A stretch of 64,000 nt of DNA, taken from contig CM022672.1 of the NCBI GenBank assembly GCA_012295275.1, forward strand, positions 26,288,001-26,352,000. The letters run 5' to 3'. Of the stretch, positions 1 to 13,486 are shown in pieces. Position 1 is the first letter of the stretch, and each line of letters begins with the position of its first letter. The DNA comes from Chrysomallon squamiferum (lineage: Eukaryota; Animalia; Mollusca). The position numbers and the translations under genes are program-made. Under the pieces are notes generated by a model. The model was given only the letters and a program-made list of their open reading frames with translations. It did not search any database and was not told where the DNA came from.

Positions 1-19
1 CAATATCAAAATACCAAAT

Positions 20-348
20 ACACAACTCTCTTATTATCTCTATACTACATACACAAACCACTCTCTCAGTATCTATATACTACATACACAAACCACTCGC
101 TCAGTATCTGTTTACCAGATATATAACACACTCTCTCAGTATCTATTTACCAGATATATAACACACTCTCTCAGTATCTATTTACCAGATATATAACACA
201 CTCTCTCAGTATCTATTTACCAGATATATAACACACTCTCTCAGTATCTATTTACCAGATATATAACACACTCTCTCAGTGTCTATTTACCAGATATATA
301 ACACACTCTCTCAGTATCTATTTACCAGATATATAACACACTCTCTCA
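20..348. repeat. 35-bp minisatellite, about 9 units (about 6.5 near-perfect CCAGATATATAACACACTCTCTCAGTATCTATTTA plus variant units at left)
   Basis: Period 35 seen directly (atataacaca at 121, 156, 191, 226, 261...); no spacers. Confidence 0.92.
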
Positions 349-2459
349 TCCGCCAACGCATCAGAACATTTATGCCAGTAGTGCTTAAATCAGTAGAATT
401 AAGGCAGAAAGCTTTCAAATTTAAATGTCTATTTCTATTTTGAAATGTCGTGTTTTACGTGGATAAAAGTTTATTCCAGTTTATAAAAAAAAAAAGATTA
501 GGGTATTCCAAATTAAAACTTCTTTCCTTAAAATAAATTAATTGGTCACATTTACTGAACAGAAATATCTGTGAACTTTGTAAAAATAATAAAATTCTAG
601 ATCGATAGTTATTTTAATTTCGTTTCATTATTACTAAGACTACTTGCATTATTATTAATTTTAAAATAGAAAAAACAAATGTAAATTATTAAAAAAAATA
701 ATAATAATAATAAATAATAATGAAAGAAAAGAAAAGAAAAGCAAATTATTTTAGCTTGCAAAAAATAGGAAGATTAAAATTTCAAAATGTTAACAAGTAA
801 TTTGTTCTAGAAACTCAGTGTTCGTGTATTAATATTAGGAGAAGTTGATGTAAAACAGTCAGTCTTTCTTAATGAAAGGAAAATAAACACAGAAAACCAC
901 AACAGGAAAAAGTAAAAAAAGAAAGACTATCTATTTTTTTTCAAATATCAAATGAAGTTAATTAAAGAAATCATATACAGAACAATTCTTTGTATATGAC
1001 TGATCAAGTTCTTGTTTCTTTTATATAACTGTTTTATAACTGTACTCAAACACAAGCATGAATATTGAACACATACAATACAATATTCACACACATATCT
1101 ATATTAACAAATATACATATACATACATATACAACAAACATACAGTATAGATACGAGCATATATAGAGCATAGAGCATATAACATATACACACACACACT
1201 TACAAATCACACAGAATATAAACAATAAACACACGCATATATATATATATATATATAAACATATAAGCAAATAGGTTTATGTATATAGCACATGCAAAAC
1301 AGTTATCCTTACAAAGCACATATATACAATATACATATAAAACAATCATGCAAATAGATAAAAATCTAAAATTTCGGGTATCTTGAGAATAGAAACTTAG
1401 GTTTGCTGGAATAAATCTTCTTAAAGGAACTGCAGCTTGATGCCGTATGACAGTAAGACTGGGATGAATGGTATAAATTACGTCATGGTCAGGCTTTGTG
1501 CTGGCCTGTAGCCTATAACAAGAATTAAGTTGATACATCATGAGCACGCCGCCAGTGAAATATCATATTATCAAAGGCAATCATATTCAACAAGATATTA
1601 GCAGTCTTAATATATCCCTAGTCTCCAAAAGCTACTCTAAGAAATGATTAACTCTGTCATTTGATGGACTTAAAAAAAACCCATAAAACATGTAACAATA
1701 TACGTGTCCCTTCTATAACCACCCAAACAAAATTATTTAGTTCAGAAAAATACAAAATGATATAAATGCAGTAATTTTTCTTTTATGTTATTGTGCATAC
1801 GTATCCTACTGAATATTAGTATAATAGATATCTGTTCAGCAAACGCACAATGACAGAAAATGCACATTATTTAATCTTTCCACCAAGTAAAATATAACTA
1901 ACAACACGATCCCGCGTTATGTAATTTTAAGCAACGCGCTGATTGCGTCATATCGTTGAAAGAGATTAGATCAGTAGCTTCTTTTTCTATTTTAATGAGA
2001 AACATGGTCAACGATGGCCGCCGATGTGAATGATAACGAACGTATTCAAGACTGCTAATACAGATTATCAGCGAGAATTAATGATAAAACAAACATTCGA
2101 GAGTTTCCCCAAAACCTTCAAGCAAGAAAACTTTACATAAATTTGAATAATGAGGTAACAGAAAGCCGTCTGCAATATTGCAGAGAGGTGCTGTTTAAAG
2201 ATCAGATGTCTGGTTTTGTTTTGCAAGGAATATTAATGTTTAATAAACTGAATATTTGAGTTTGTTTTAATCTGCGATATTGCTGATTTAAACACACAGT
2301 GTCGCGCACGTTAACAAATGATACTTGAAATACAAACACATTTGTTCACGGAAACACTGACACATGAAATGCTAGCGTATCTGTCTTTATATAACAACGA
2401 TCTGACGTATTAAGAAAATTATTTATTTATTTAATAATAATAATAATAATAATGATAAT

Positions 2460-2497
2460 AATCTGTATTAGAATCTGTATTAGAATCTGTATTAGAA
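2460..2497. repeat. 12-bp tandem repeat (AATCTGTATTAG)x3
   Basis: Direct reading. Confidence 0.85.
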
Positions 2498-3196
2498 ATA
2501 AATGAAAACATCTGCAACAATACAAAATGTGTTTAGTTTCGCTCGCTCCAGTACATGCGCACTTAATAGGTTACTAAGCGGCAAAATAAAAAAGAAAGGT
2601 ATTGCAGACGAAAAGCTGATTCAAGAGAACATTTATAAATTACAGCTTTCTTAGCCCCAGGCAACCGTTAAAAGCATCCTATGGAACTGGAGACCTGCGT
2701 AATAAATACCATTAATACTGAATTCTTATTTAAAAAATGGGAGAAAAAATTATTTGGTAGAGGAAATACGAGTAAATAAATTTCCTGCAAGACTCGGCCA
2801 TGCTTTGTATCACGTGACGAATGACACGCACGCACACCTAATATGTGCCCACACTGACACAGAGATGTTTTATTTAGCTACTGCATCGCATTTCTGTTCG
2901 TGTTAAGCACTAGTCTCTCGAGACAGTTTGTGAAATGCGTATATGGTATGTCCCGCAGCTATTTATTAAATTTTAGAAACATTTGGCCGCCTTTCGCAGT
3001 AGATTGCAATTTCACTGTTCAGGATGTCAATGGGCAAAGTAGAGGGAAAAAATTGGAGAAAAGCGAGAAAAAATTAGTCTTTAAAAAACAGCAGTAACTA
3101 GTAATATAAATAACTTTAACTGCTGAAACACTACATATATACATATGTACAGAGATAAGTACATAGATACACACACACACACACATACACATATAC

Positions 3197-3227
<31 letters not shown>

Positions 3228-3674
3228 AACACAAACACAAGCATGCATCCACATGTATATATACATACATACAAATACATATAAAAAATGAAGACAACAG
3301 AGAAAAAGAAAATCTAAAAACTGAAATCCTACTGGACACGAAAAAATATTCAAATACTGACTGGTTTAAATGACGATTCTAAGAATTAAAGAAAAAAATC
3401 TGAGAAAAAGGAGAAAATGTAGAAAAAAAGAAGAAAGAAAGAACACCAATATTTTGAGGTATTTTAGTGCTTGAAGACGATGAGATTGTAGAGCATTTCT
3501 GTTTTCTAAGCGCATTTTGCACGTTGATCTGTACTTGATACTGTGTTTAAACATTAATGGTATTTACAGGTTTACCGTATCAGAGACATGTTTAATTAAC
3601 AAATAATTAATTTATGGGTACAGAGACGTAACTAAACAACAGTAGAATATATTTTAATTTTTTTTTTTTCTTAC

Positions 3675-3751
3675 CTTTCCATCATTTGCGCGAAACCGTA
3701 TTCTTGAAGTTCATCAACTGTGCTGATCTGAGTTGTCTACTGAAGAAATAC
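3675..3751 (-). other. Probable 5' exon of an unidentified minus-strand gene continuing left of the window
   Basis: cttttccag| 77 nt |GTAAGA; ends ...CAAATGATGGAAAG (possible start M-M-E, phase 2). Confidence 0.45.
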
Positions 3752-4924
3752 CTGGAAAAGATAAAGATATGTTTAGCATAAGCTTACACAAAGAGTGATA
3801 TACATTATAGATAGATATCTGCTAATTCCGTCAAAGCAAAAATGTAACATTTAAAAATATGCGTGTGTTTATTGCTACGGCTATATTTTTTTAACCACTT
3901 CACTAAAATACTCACTAACATTTTCTTTTCTTTCGCATATTTTTTTTTTAATTTTTTTTTTAAAACATTCTTCTCGCGTGAAAATAGTAAGAGGGAAGGA
4001 AGTAAAAAGTGAAAGATACTGGAAAATAGAAAACAGTTGAAAGTTGTATGTGTAAATAATATATTAGGTAATTAACGGCGAATTGTTTCATGATGTAATT
4101 TTCAAACTTCAGAAATTTTGCTAGACAGTGTAGTGATAATTAAATAATCTGATTTTTTTTGGTTGTGTTTTTGTATTTTTAATAACTCGCTGTCGGAAAT
4201 AGTTGTATTTTTACATATTATCCATCAGCTATACCACTTAACGTAGATATTTATTTATTTAATAATTATTATTATTTAATTTATATATATATATATTTTT
4301 TTTTTTTTTGCTGATATAAGAATAGGAATATGTAGAAAACAGTTATTTTAGCTAGTATTATTAATATTAATAGAATATATCAAGCCCCTGTACATTATTT
4401 ATATAATAGTCTATGTATTTGTGTGTACGTTTGTATGTATATAATGTGTTTGTATGAAATATGTGTGTGTGTTTGTGCATGTGTGTGTGAAACACTCTCT
4501 CCAGTGATAAATTTGTGTACATGTTACGTGGACTATTTTAGTAAACAATTCCTTGGATAGCAAACAAACAAACACATAATAAATCATTCATTAGACGGGC
4601 TCAGCGAGGGACGTCAGGGCTGTTGAATGTTAACTAAGCATTATTTGCAACATTTATTTTGGTTGCCTCTTCAGGTCGATGTTAGTCTTTTAAAACACCG
4701 GTTTCCATGGAGTAAACAGTATAAATATTTTATCTTCAAGCTAATCACCTCTTGCACGATATACGATATAACAAATTGACTCTATGATGCCCTCACAGCT
4801 GAAACAGTTTTATTTGTTTCATAAAGTTATGAACAAACTGTAACAAACGACACTACACTTTAAAGTCATTGAGACCAAACCACATTATTATATAAAAAGA
4901 CAAACGATTATTTTAAAGAAATTT

Positions 4925-5040
4925 AAAGTTTTACTACATGAATTACAAATGATAAATTTTACTAAATGAATTACTAATTACAAATTTTACTAAATGAATT
5001 ACAAAATATAAATTTTACTATATCAATTACAAATTACTAA
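4925..5040. repeat. Degenerate ~28-bp tandem repeat (TTTTACTAAATGAATTACAAAT...) x4
   Basis: Direct reading. Confidence 0.7.
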
Positions 5041-6651
5041 ACGAACATTTTCAGCAGTATTAGTATATTCGTATGGAAACAGGGATGCAAAATATAAAAA
5101 GCAGTAATTTTCATTCCATCCTAATTCTTTCTTTCTCTCCATGGCTTAAAACAAAAAGAATATCGTCCATGTAGCTACAATAAATTCTAAATGGGAGAAG
5201 AATGTTTTTATTTCTAGAAAGAAAACTAAAGTAAAATGTACGATTACTTTTATTGTTTTTGTCACATATTTTCATCGGTTTATAACCTATAAAGAGCTAA
5301 TTTCCTGTGTTAAAATAATGATAATAATAAATTAAAAATAATATTAATAACTACTTCAACCGTACAACAACAACAGCAATATCAAAACAAAACAAAAACA
5401 TTATGTTTACTTGAATTTGTATAAATACGATTTATGTAAAACAAATCTATGAACCCGAGGCGTAAAATGTATCTAACCGTCTCCAATGTTATGGATGATT
5501 TGCTCGAAAGAAAACAAATTTATCTTTTCTTGATGAGCTGCTAAAAGCGACCTTATGAAATGGCTATTTAACCAGCGACAATACAAGATATTGTAACTGT
5601 TAATATGGAAATTGTTACAAAGATTAGATTCGTTTACTTTTTCAACTCTTAATTCACGATAATGGACATGCGGTGTTGGCAACGGATGTTTGTCGATATT
5701 CGAGTAAAACTCGCACATTACTTGAAGTGTTGTGGTCTATGAATAAAATAATGATTTTTTTTTTTTATACACTTGCAGTCCTGAAAAAAGGATTATATTA
5801 AAAGCGTCTCAGAAGCGTCTTACACAGTGAAAAAACACAGTGAGGAAAAACAACCACTGAACACTCTGTAATAAATGTCACAACAACAACAAAAAAACAG
5901 CAACAACAATAACAACAGCAGCAACAACAACGACACTAATAATAATAATAATTATTATTATTATTATTTTTATTTTTGTTTTATTTTTATTATTGTGTGT
6001 ACATATATGTATGTATGTATGTATGTACTTATGTATATACGTGTGTGTTTATGTATTAGTATGTTCATATTTATATGTGTCTATGTTTTCAAACAAACGG
6101 GATTAACAGAGTAACAAAACTCACGCTTTTCCATTGAGACATAATTATAGCGCACAAGGGAACAAACAGATGAAAGTTTCAGAATAACTGAGAGAGACAG
6201 ACACACAAAGAGAGACACAGAAAGTAAAACAAAGTTTAGATGAAAAACATCGAGGCTAACAAGATACCAACAAAATGCCTGTGATTTCAGTTTAGTGTAA
6301 TGAAATAGACAGAATATCAGAACTTGTTTAGGGAAAATGAATTCTACTTCTTTCTCTACTTGAGGGCGAAGTTATCAAATCAGCGAACCAAAGTCTGGTT
6401 TGCTTTAGTTTCGTAGAAACAGAAACGCGATGCACATACACGTTAACTCTCCTTTTATTAACACGTATAAAAACCCAGTGAAGACAACACTGTCTCCTCT
6501 CATTTCAGCTACACACAAAACATAGTCCAGCTGGATCATTAAAGTCAAAGACGATGCTCATGAGAGTTTTCAGACCAAGCTGCTTCTAGATTTGTTAAAG
6601 TACAGACTCAGGTGTTTATCCAATCCACTCCATCATCAGGAACCCGCAAAA

Positions 6652-6691
<40 letters not shown>

Positions 6692-6722
6692 GCTGCTGCT
6701 GCTGCTGTTGTTGTTGTTATTA
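6652..6722. repeat. Compound trinucleotide microsatellite (TTA)n(CTG)n(TTG)n
   Basis: Direct reading; source of the poly-Leu pseudo-ORF. Confidence 0.9.
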
Positions 6723-7455
6723 TTTTTTATGTTTATATTCTTAATGAAGATCTATACTTTATTTTACATCCATTCATTCATGACCTTTACAGTAAAGGAA
6801 TAGTTATATTTGAGAGATGAAAAATGGTGCACAATTAATCTTGTTCGGTGTCCTCAGTTGACTTTTTCTTGTTCCAGCCGTCATGTCAGGGCTGGTGTAT
6901 CGTAGACATTGGTACATACACTGTGGGGAAAAAATCTATTGAAAAATCCCATAAAATCGATAGTAACAGCCCATGAAATATTGGCAGCGAGTTTTCTCTC
7001 ATCAAACATGTGTTTTAAAACCCTTTAGCTGTTAACAATAAAATGTGAAGCAAATTGATTGGCAAATTATATTATAATTCAGTTAGTAGATGATTATATT
7101 ATAAAAACAAGTTTTAGTCGTAGTAACAAAAATAACATTCGTACGGTTAAATACACTTAGGAAACAATCTGATAACGAAATGTTATACAATGCATTTTTT
7201 TAACACACACCCACACCCATGCACCCCACACACACACACACCCACACCCAAGACACACACACGCCGATAATAACCTAATATATTTATTGCTTAGGACTTA
7301 CTTTTTTATTGACTTAATTTTACTCAGTAACATTAATATCTACTCCAGCTAAAATGGAACACTGACAGTAAAAGGTTATACACTCCAGAATAAAGCAACG
7401 AAAATGAACATTACATATATACATATATAAACACACATATACTGATATACACACG

Positions 7456-7490
7456 TTATTATTATTATTATTATTATTATTTTTATTATC

Positions 7491-7539
<49 letters not shown>
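7456..7539. repeat. (TTA)n microsatellite
   Basis: Direct reading. Confidence 0.9.
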
Positions 7540-7540
<1 letters not shown>

Positions 7541-7587
7541 AAATTCATTTCTGGGAAAACAATAAATTATTATATTTAAATACTCAC

Positions 7588-7830
7588 ACAGAATATCCGT
7601 CTAGCCAAGAATTTTATACATCCGTACTCCACCTTTCTGAAATTTCGTAATGAAATAACTTCTTACAACACCTCATTCACGAATAAACTTGAAACGAGAC
7701 ACTTTCATGTATAAATAAAAATTCAGGTTTTTTTTTTTTTGTTCTACTTAGACAGCAATTCCAATAAAATCACACATATCCAACGGTATCGCTAAACAAC
7801 ACAACTCAAACGCTGCAATCCGGAAGTTTA
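7588..7830 (-). other. Possible non-coding first exon/promoter of the same gene
   Basis: Donor |GTGAGTA at 7587-7581, CpG-containing sequence, ETS-type CCGGAAGT at 7820-7827. The upper boundary is a guess. Confidence 0.35.
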
Positions 7831-8539
7831 CCGCAAACCGATTCAGAGAAACAATCGAACATATCCAAAAGATAAAATATTTAAAAATTTGAAGTGTAAC
7901 GACTGTTCTGATTAACTTTAGCGATCTCGTAAACGTCCCTCATAGCCTGAATTCTTGGGTCTGAACTGGCATTTGCCATTTGTGCTGCTAATGACTTTTT
8001 TTGTGACGATCAATAAAATGAGTTCTGTCAGAAGGAATTTAGCAGCGAACGCAGTTTTCAATATAGTTACTGCGGATGTCTTGTGTGGAACTTTGTTGTC
8101 ATTCGCCGTCTCATTTAACCCGAGGTATTGTGTCTACATATGAAAAAATATATTGAAAGTAGTGAGACGACATTTAGATGGAACAAAAATACAAAATTTT
8201 TTTATTATTAATATTATTTTTTATTATTATTATTTTTTTCATTATTATTTATGGCCCGTAACGTTAAGACGAATTTTAAAGTATAATATAAACTTTTTTT
8301 AATGAAAGATACTTCATTATTGTTATTATTTATTCTCTTTTCTAATGTGACATACGGTAAATGCAGCAATCAAAAGGGGAAATAATTCATTTATTATACA
8401 GTAAAAGTGTTGTTAAACATCTGAGCTTAAGAAAATTTTGGTTTTAGGAAATAATGTATGTACTGCACAACGTAATGATAACGATACTTTCATTATTAAC
8501 GATTTGAGAGAGAGAGAAAAAAAAAACAATCAACAGCAA

Positions 8540-8572
<33 letters not shown>

Positions 8573-10734
8573 CATTATACATTTAACTATTTTCTCTTTC
8601 CTTAAAACCCCCACAAACCTGTTGCACCAGTTCATTATAAGTGTGTGGGCCCAAACTGAAATACACTAACTTCTCTCTCTCTAGAGACGGTCTATAATCT
8701 ATATGAAATATCCTTGCTACTAATCGCTAAAGTAACTGTTCAGATTTATTTCAATATATATTTTACATTTGCAGTCATAATGTAGTTTTAAACTGTTATG
8801 ATGCTCAATCTATTTAGCATCCTTATATCCAGTAATAAATCGGCTCTGAATACACATTAAAACGTTTCACCCATTTGACATAACATTGCTTCATTGTAAA
8901 TATACTGTGTCGATTTGCAGTTGTTTTTAGCATTAGTTAATTGTACAGAATACATTACTGACATGTTTTATGTTTTGTTTCCTTACTACAACGGAAATCT
9001 CAGATAAATCAAAGTGACACACGAAAACGGTTTTTGCAACGCCTTCGTGTTTTCATTGACTCGCTCATAAATACGCTTCTTCTCATAGAATCCAATCAAT
9101 ATATGTTATAGCAGCCTAAACGTTTTCACTAACACAATTTCGTATTTTGATTAGCCCACTTCGTTGTTATTTGATGTAGCATTCCAGTTTAATTAGATTT
9201 CAATGAATCATAAAAAAGCATCATACGAAAATGATTAGTAATATCTACACCTCCGATGCAAAGGCGAATCAGTACAGACGACTTCAGTTTTATATTGACC
9301 ACATAAGAGAAGCTTGAATGGCTTGAATAATTTTAGCTTACAGGTAGCCAGAAAAAATGTCAGAAATCTTGACACAGATGTTCATTGTTTCAGTTAATAA
9401 ATTTATTTTATTTTTATTTTATATTATTTTTTTCATTTGAAAACATTCGAGGTTTATTTATACACTGTGGTGTTGTGTATTGTTGCAGGCTTTTTATTCG
9501 ATATCTTTCCTCAATCGAGAATCTATTTATGATTTATCGATACTTGTAATTTAATAACACCTTATTAAGACGTATGTGTGAAAGTGGAGTACAACGTGAT
9601 ACTTGTGAGTTTATTTTAGTGCAGACAAAATAAAACAAAAATATACATAGACTATAAGAAATAAAATTTTGATGATGATAATAATAATGTACGTGAAGGG
9701 AAAAAACCAAAAAAAAAAACCCCATCATAAAATAAAACAGAAAATAAATCAAAAACAGGCTATGCTCCAGTGGAGTTAAAATTTATACCAAAATGCTAAG
9801 TTTGAGAATGTCGAAAAGAGACTTTTTTTTAACCTTCCTTGCAGCAAAAACTACGAGAAATGTTCCTGAAATGTTTATAAATAATTCAAGACACAGGAGT
9901 TTATTTGGTTATGTGAGCTACTGGTAACTCCCCGTGGTCACTTGTTTTGTTTGTCCAGCTAATGTTTTACTCGTTTCTACTGCAACACCAACTTCTTCCT
10001 GTTACTGTGACGTGCAGCTGGGCTGGTCCCGGGACAGTCTCCGATATAAAACGATTACCAAAACGTGTTAAGATTTATCCCATTCGTGAATCGCTACATT
10101 GATCTGTGTATACGGCTAATTAGCTTCACTATTAAAGTGCAGATAACTTATTGGTCCGTTGTTCCTAACTTATCGATCAGAGCGCCTAGACTGAGGGTGC
10201 AGGAGAAAAATGGTCCTCTTTCTTTTATCTGCGTTTAGAAATATTTCACTTCTTTGTCAGGGCAAGCTGTTTTATTTATACCTCTGTTTCCCATACAACG
10301 CTACGCATTTTTTTCCACGACAGTCCAGTATAATTAGAAGACTTGGTTTTCTCCATACAATAGGCAGCAAAGACATGCAATACCAGCCTTAAACTTTAAT
10401 TAAATACTATACCATGCATTTTATTTATTCATACGGTCAGGGAATTACTTTAGCCGAACTATCGAACATTTATGTCCAGATTTTCGAATTAATTGTTATT
10501 TTGTTATTTCGTCTTTATTGGTAATTGATTGATCGGGCGGATTTTGTGTATGTAATATTATTGCGTAACTTCAGTTCAGTGACCGTTGATTTTTATCTGA
10601 TGAAAAATTTGCTGCACTGGAATTTATAAGATACTCTTAAGCAGTTTAGTTTTCATGCCAAGAAAAACAAATCACTAAAATAATAAACAGAGACAAAATA
10701 ATAAGAGGAAATGAAACTAAAGCGATAAAAAGAA

Positions 10735-10970
10735 AGAAGCAATGTTTGAGTTACTTGGTATATTTGTATCTACCATTAGTAGAGTTGCACATAAGGTTAA
10801 GAACCACAATGTTAAGAAGAAAGGAAACCCGATCACTACTATTTTCAGATCCAAGACATGGTTTTTTATATGCCTTCCTAAGGACTGGATGGCACATCCA
10901 TTTATTTTTTATCACTGGCTGGAATGGGAAATATTCCAGTGAAAGTACCAAACTACCTCGCACTCCGAAA
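10735..10970 (-). mobile_element. Diverged tRNA-derived SINE-like relic
   Basis: Ordered blocks cataaggttaagaaccaca / aaaggaaacccg / ttttatatgc / ggatggcacatcc / cactggctggaatgggaaata match, from memory, an abundant gastropod SINE (possibly MetaSINE-type). Not verified by search. Confidence 0.5.
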
Positions 10971-11708
10971 AATAAATTTTTAATAAACAAACAACCAGAA
11001 GAAAACATTTCGTATAATCGGTTTTGACAATTAAGTCAGATTATTGATGTTGCCAGTGATCTGTCGAGATTCAGTCAGAATTCAGAAATCCACTAGACCA
11101 TACTATGATTTCTTTAACATCGTCAGTTAATTGGAAAAACAAGCCACGTCTAATTATTGGCTTCAGTTTCGGGCTATCAAAGTCTTGACTGCGTTCGTGA
11201 CGTTTATCTGGTTTCTGACAAGCAGAAGAATCATTAGGCTTGGAACAAGCTTAGTGTTGCCGTCACGAAAGACGTACTTCTTAGTAAATATTTATATTAG
11301 TTTATTTTACATCCTAGTAACAAAACCAGAATTCATTATTTTTAAACTTCTCTCGAAATTAAATGTTTTAATATGCCTACGGTTATTTAGCTGCTTATCT
11401 GCTTGTCACTTGATTTGGTTTGTAAATCAACCAACCCACATTCTTTTGCGGGCCAACAAGTAAAATAGATTATGATAGTGGAACATTTTCGTTGTTGTAT
11501 GAAACTTGTTTGTAATTGAACCAGTTCGTTCTGTGAATTAGCAGGTAAAATTTTAACATTCCGGTAGAATAAAAAAATAAAAAATAGGCACCTAAATGAA
11601 AATATATGTCGAATGAGGAATTTTATAACTTAGAAAATTAAATAACGAGTTTTTAAAATTTTTAGTGCTTATTTCTGTTAAAAATTTAAGACAGACTTAG
11701 GGAAATTT

Positions 11709-11710
<2 letters not shown>

Positions 11711-11802
<92 letters not shown>
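11711..11802. repeat. (AT)n(AG)n compound microsatellite
   Basis: Direct reading. Confidence 0.95.
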
Positions 11803-11806
<4 letters not shown>

Positions 11807-12540
11807 GGTAATATGCACTTCACACCTGTCAATTGTTTTTATTATTATTTCCTTTAGATAAAACCTTCCTAAAAGATCACAGGTGTTATTAACCGTATCT
11901 ATCAATCAGGTCTGATGAAAATAAAAATCACAAATGAGACAAGAGGGACGCTGCAATGACGTTGGTGTTTGTCGAGTGTCCAGACTGATTGGATGCGGTT
12001 ACGAGCTACAAGATGTTCAGAGTGCGATGTATCTTCGCTGCAACCAGCGCTAATTTGTCACAGTCCGCCTATAAGTTGTCCATTGATGAATGCGAGTCAT
12101 TTGCGAAGCGCCAAGAGCACATCGAGTATTGATTAGATACTAAATACGATGACAAAAAAGAGAACAAATTGGCGCAAATTGGGACAAAGCGACATATTAA
12201 CCTGAGGCATCTATTTTCTAAAATTAATGTACGTTGTAGACACCAATCACATCGCCGTGGTAGTAGCTGAATATTTATATAACAGAGACAAATAATGATT
12301 TATGTGTATTTGTTATATTGCCGAAAACATAAAATACTACTACTACTAATAATAGAGTTAGAACAATGAACATAAAGAAATAAAGAAATAAAATATTTAG
12401 CAGTGTTTCGACAAGTGATCTAACAGAAGGCTATGTCAATTTAATAAATGTATATTATAAATCACCATATCTGAAATATACACCTTTAAATACTATATTG
12501 TCAAAGATCACATAATCCAAAATCAGTACATTTAGCAGTC

Positions 12541-12546
12541 TTTATT
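12541..12546 (-). terminator. Candidate polyadenylation signal AATAAA of SMPDL3
   Basis: tttatt on the + strand about 80 nt past the stop codon. The hexamer is common in AT-rich DNA. Confidence 0.4.
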
Positions 12547-12625
12547 CCTTACATTCTGATTATAATTTTAAATGAAACAAATGTTTACTTTTCAGACCTC
12601 TGTTTGATAACAATCTACTTCAGTT

Positions 12626-13143
12626 TCAGTGAAGAAGAAACGGTAAGACAACACACACAACAAGGACAAGAAGAAACGACTGCGATGTTAAGGTTGCTCT
12701 CCCAACAAAATCATCCTTACAAATCTTGAAAGTTTCCATGTCGAGATGTTTAAATCCACAGAGATAGGATTTCCGGCAGTCCTGGGTACAGCCTTTGACT
12801 CTGTCTTCTGGATTTGCCATTACCCATGTGAATCTGATGTAACTGTCCATCAAACTGGGCGTCTTCGCTAGCTTGTCAGTCAGTGCGTCAAGCGACTTTG
12901 CCGTAATGTCTGGTATTCCGTAAACGCTTTTCGCATCGTACTCCGCAGTCCAGTTCGTGGCGTTGTGCTTGTTGCTGTAGTCGAGGTCGATGTAATACTG
13001 AATAATGTTCAAATGTTCTCCTGTGGTTCTGTCGTATTTGACGATGCGAATGCCGGGATTGTGAGGATTTCCCACTTCACTGGGAAGTTTGTATCGCCAG
13101 GGCGTTATGGAGGGCGCAATGAACATCGGTACGACTGGCTCAC
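12626..13143 (-). CDS. SMPDL3B: SMPDL3 exon 6 (terminal; APSITPW...NPGIR...hydrophobic tail)
   Basis: Acceptor ctcag|, within ORF-track 12626..13159, stop TGA at 12628-12626. Confidence 0.93.
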
Positions 13144-13213
13144 CTGAGGGAAACAACATGGAATCCTTTAGAAAGAGTTCATATACTTTATTTAACTAAA
13201 CAAAAATTATTTA

Positions 13214-13263
<50 letters not shown>

Positions 13264-13455
13264 AGAAGAACTGTAAGAATTATTACAATAAGAACAATAA
13301 AAGATCAAAGTAAAATTATCCTATGTTGTTTCTTATGCAGTTTGAACTATTCATTTTATATGTAGCTGACATTTCATTTTATAATTTTATTATTATTATT
13401 AAATTTGTTATAGATAAAGGTGAAGAAAAAAAAATTGATGATTATGATGATGATG

Positions 13456-13486
<31 letters not shown>

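Noticed and set aside
20-348. Possible CRISPR array
   Set aside because: Units are contiguous and near-identical with no unique spacers; eukaryotic context and no cas genes.
1046-9752. Many 60-115 aa ORFs (CVCVY-, poly-L/N/F-rich)
   Set aside because: Mostly translations of microsatellites and AT-rich low-complexity DNA; no domains or splice support.
10045-10051. TATAAAA in a CpG-rich patch as a promoter
   Set aside because: No downstream exon or credible ORF; the motif is too common here.
10742-11027. Three overlapping ORFs
   Set aside because: Better explained as a SINE-like repeat relic.
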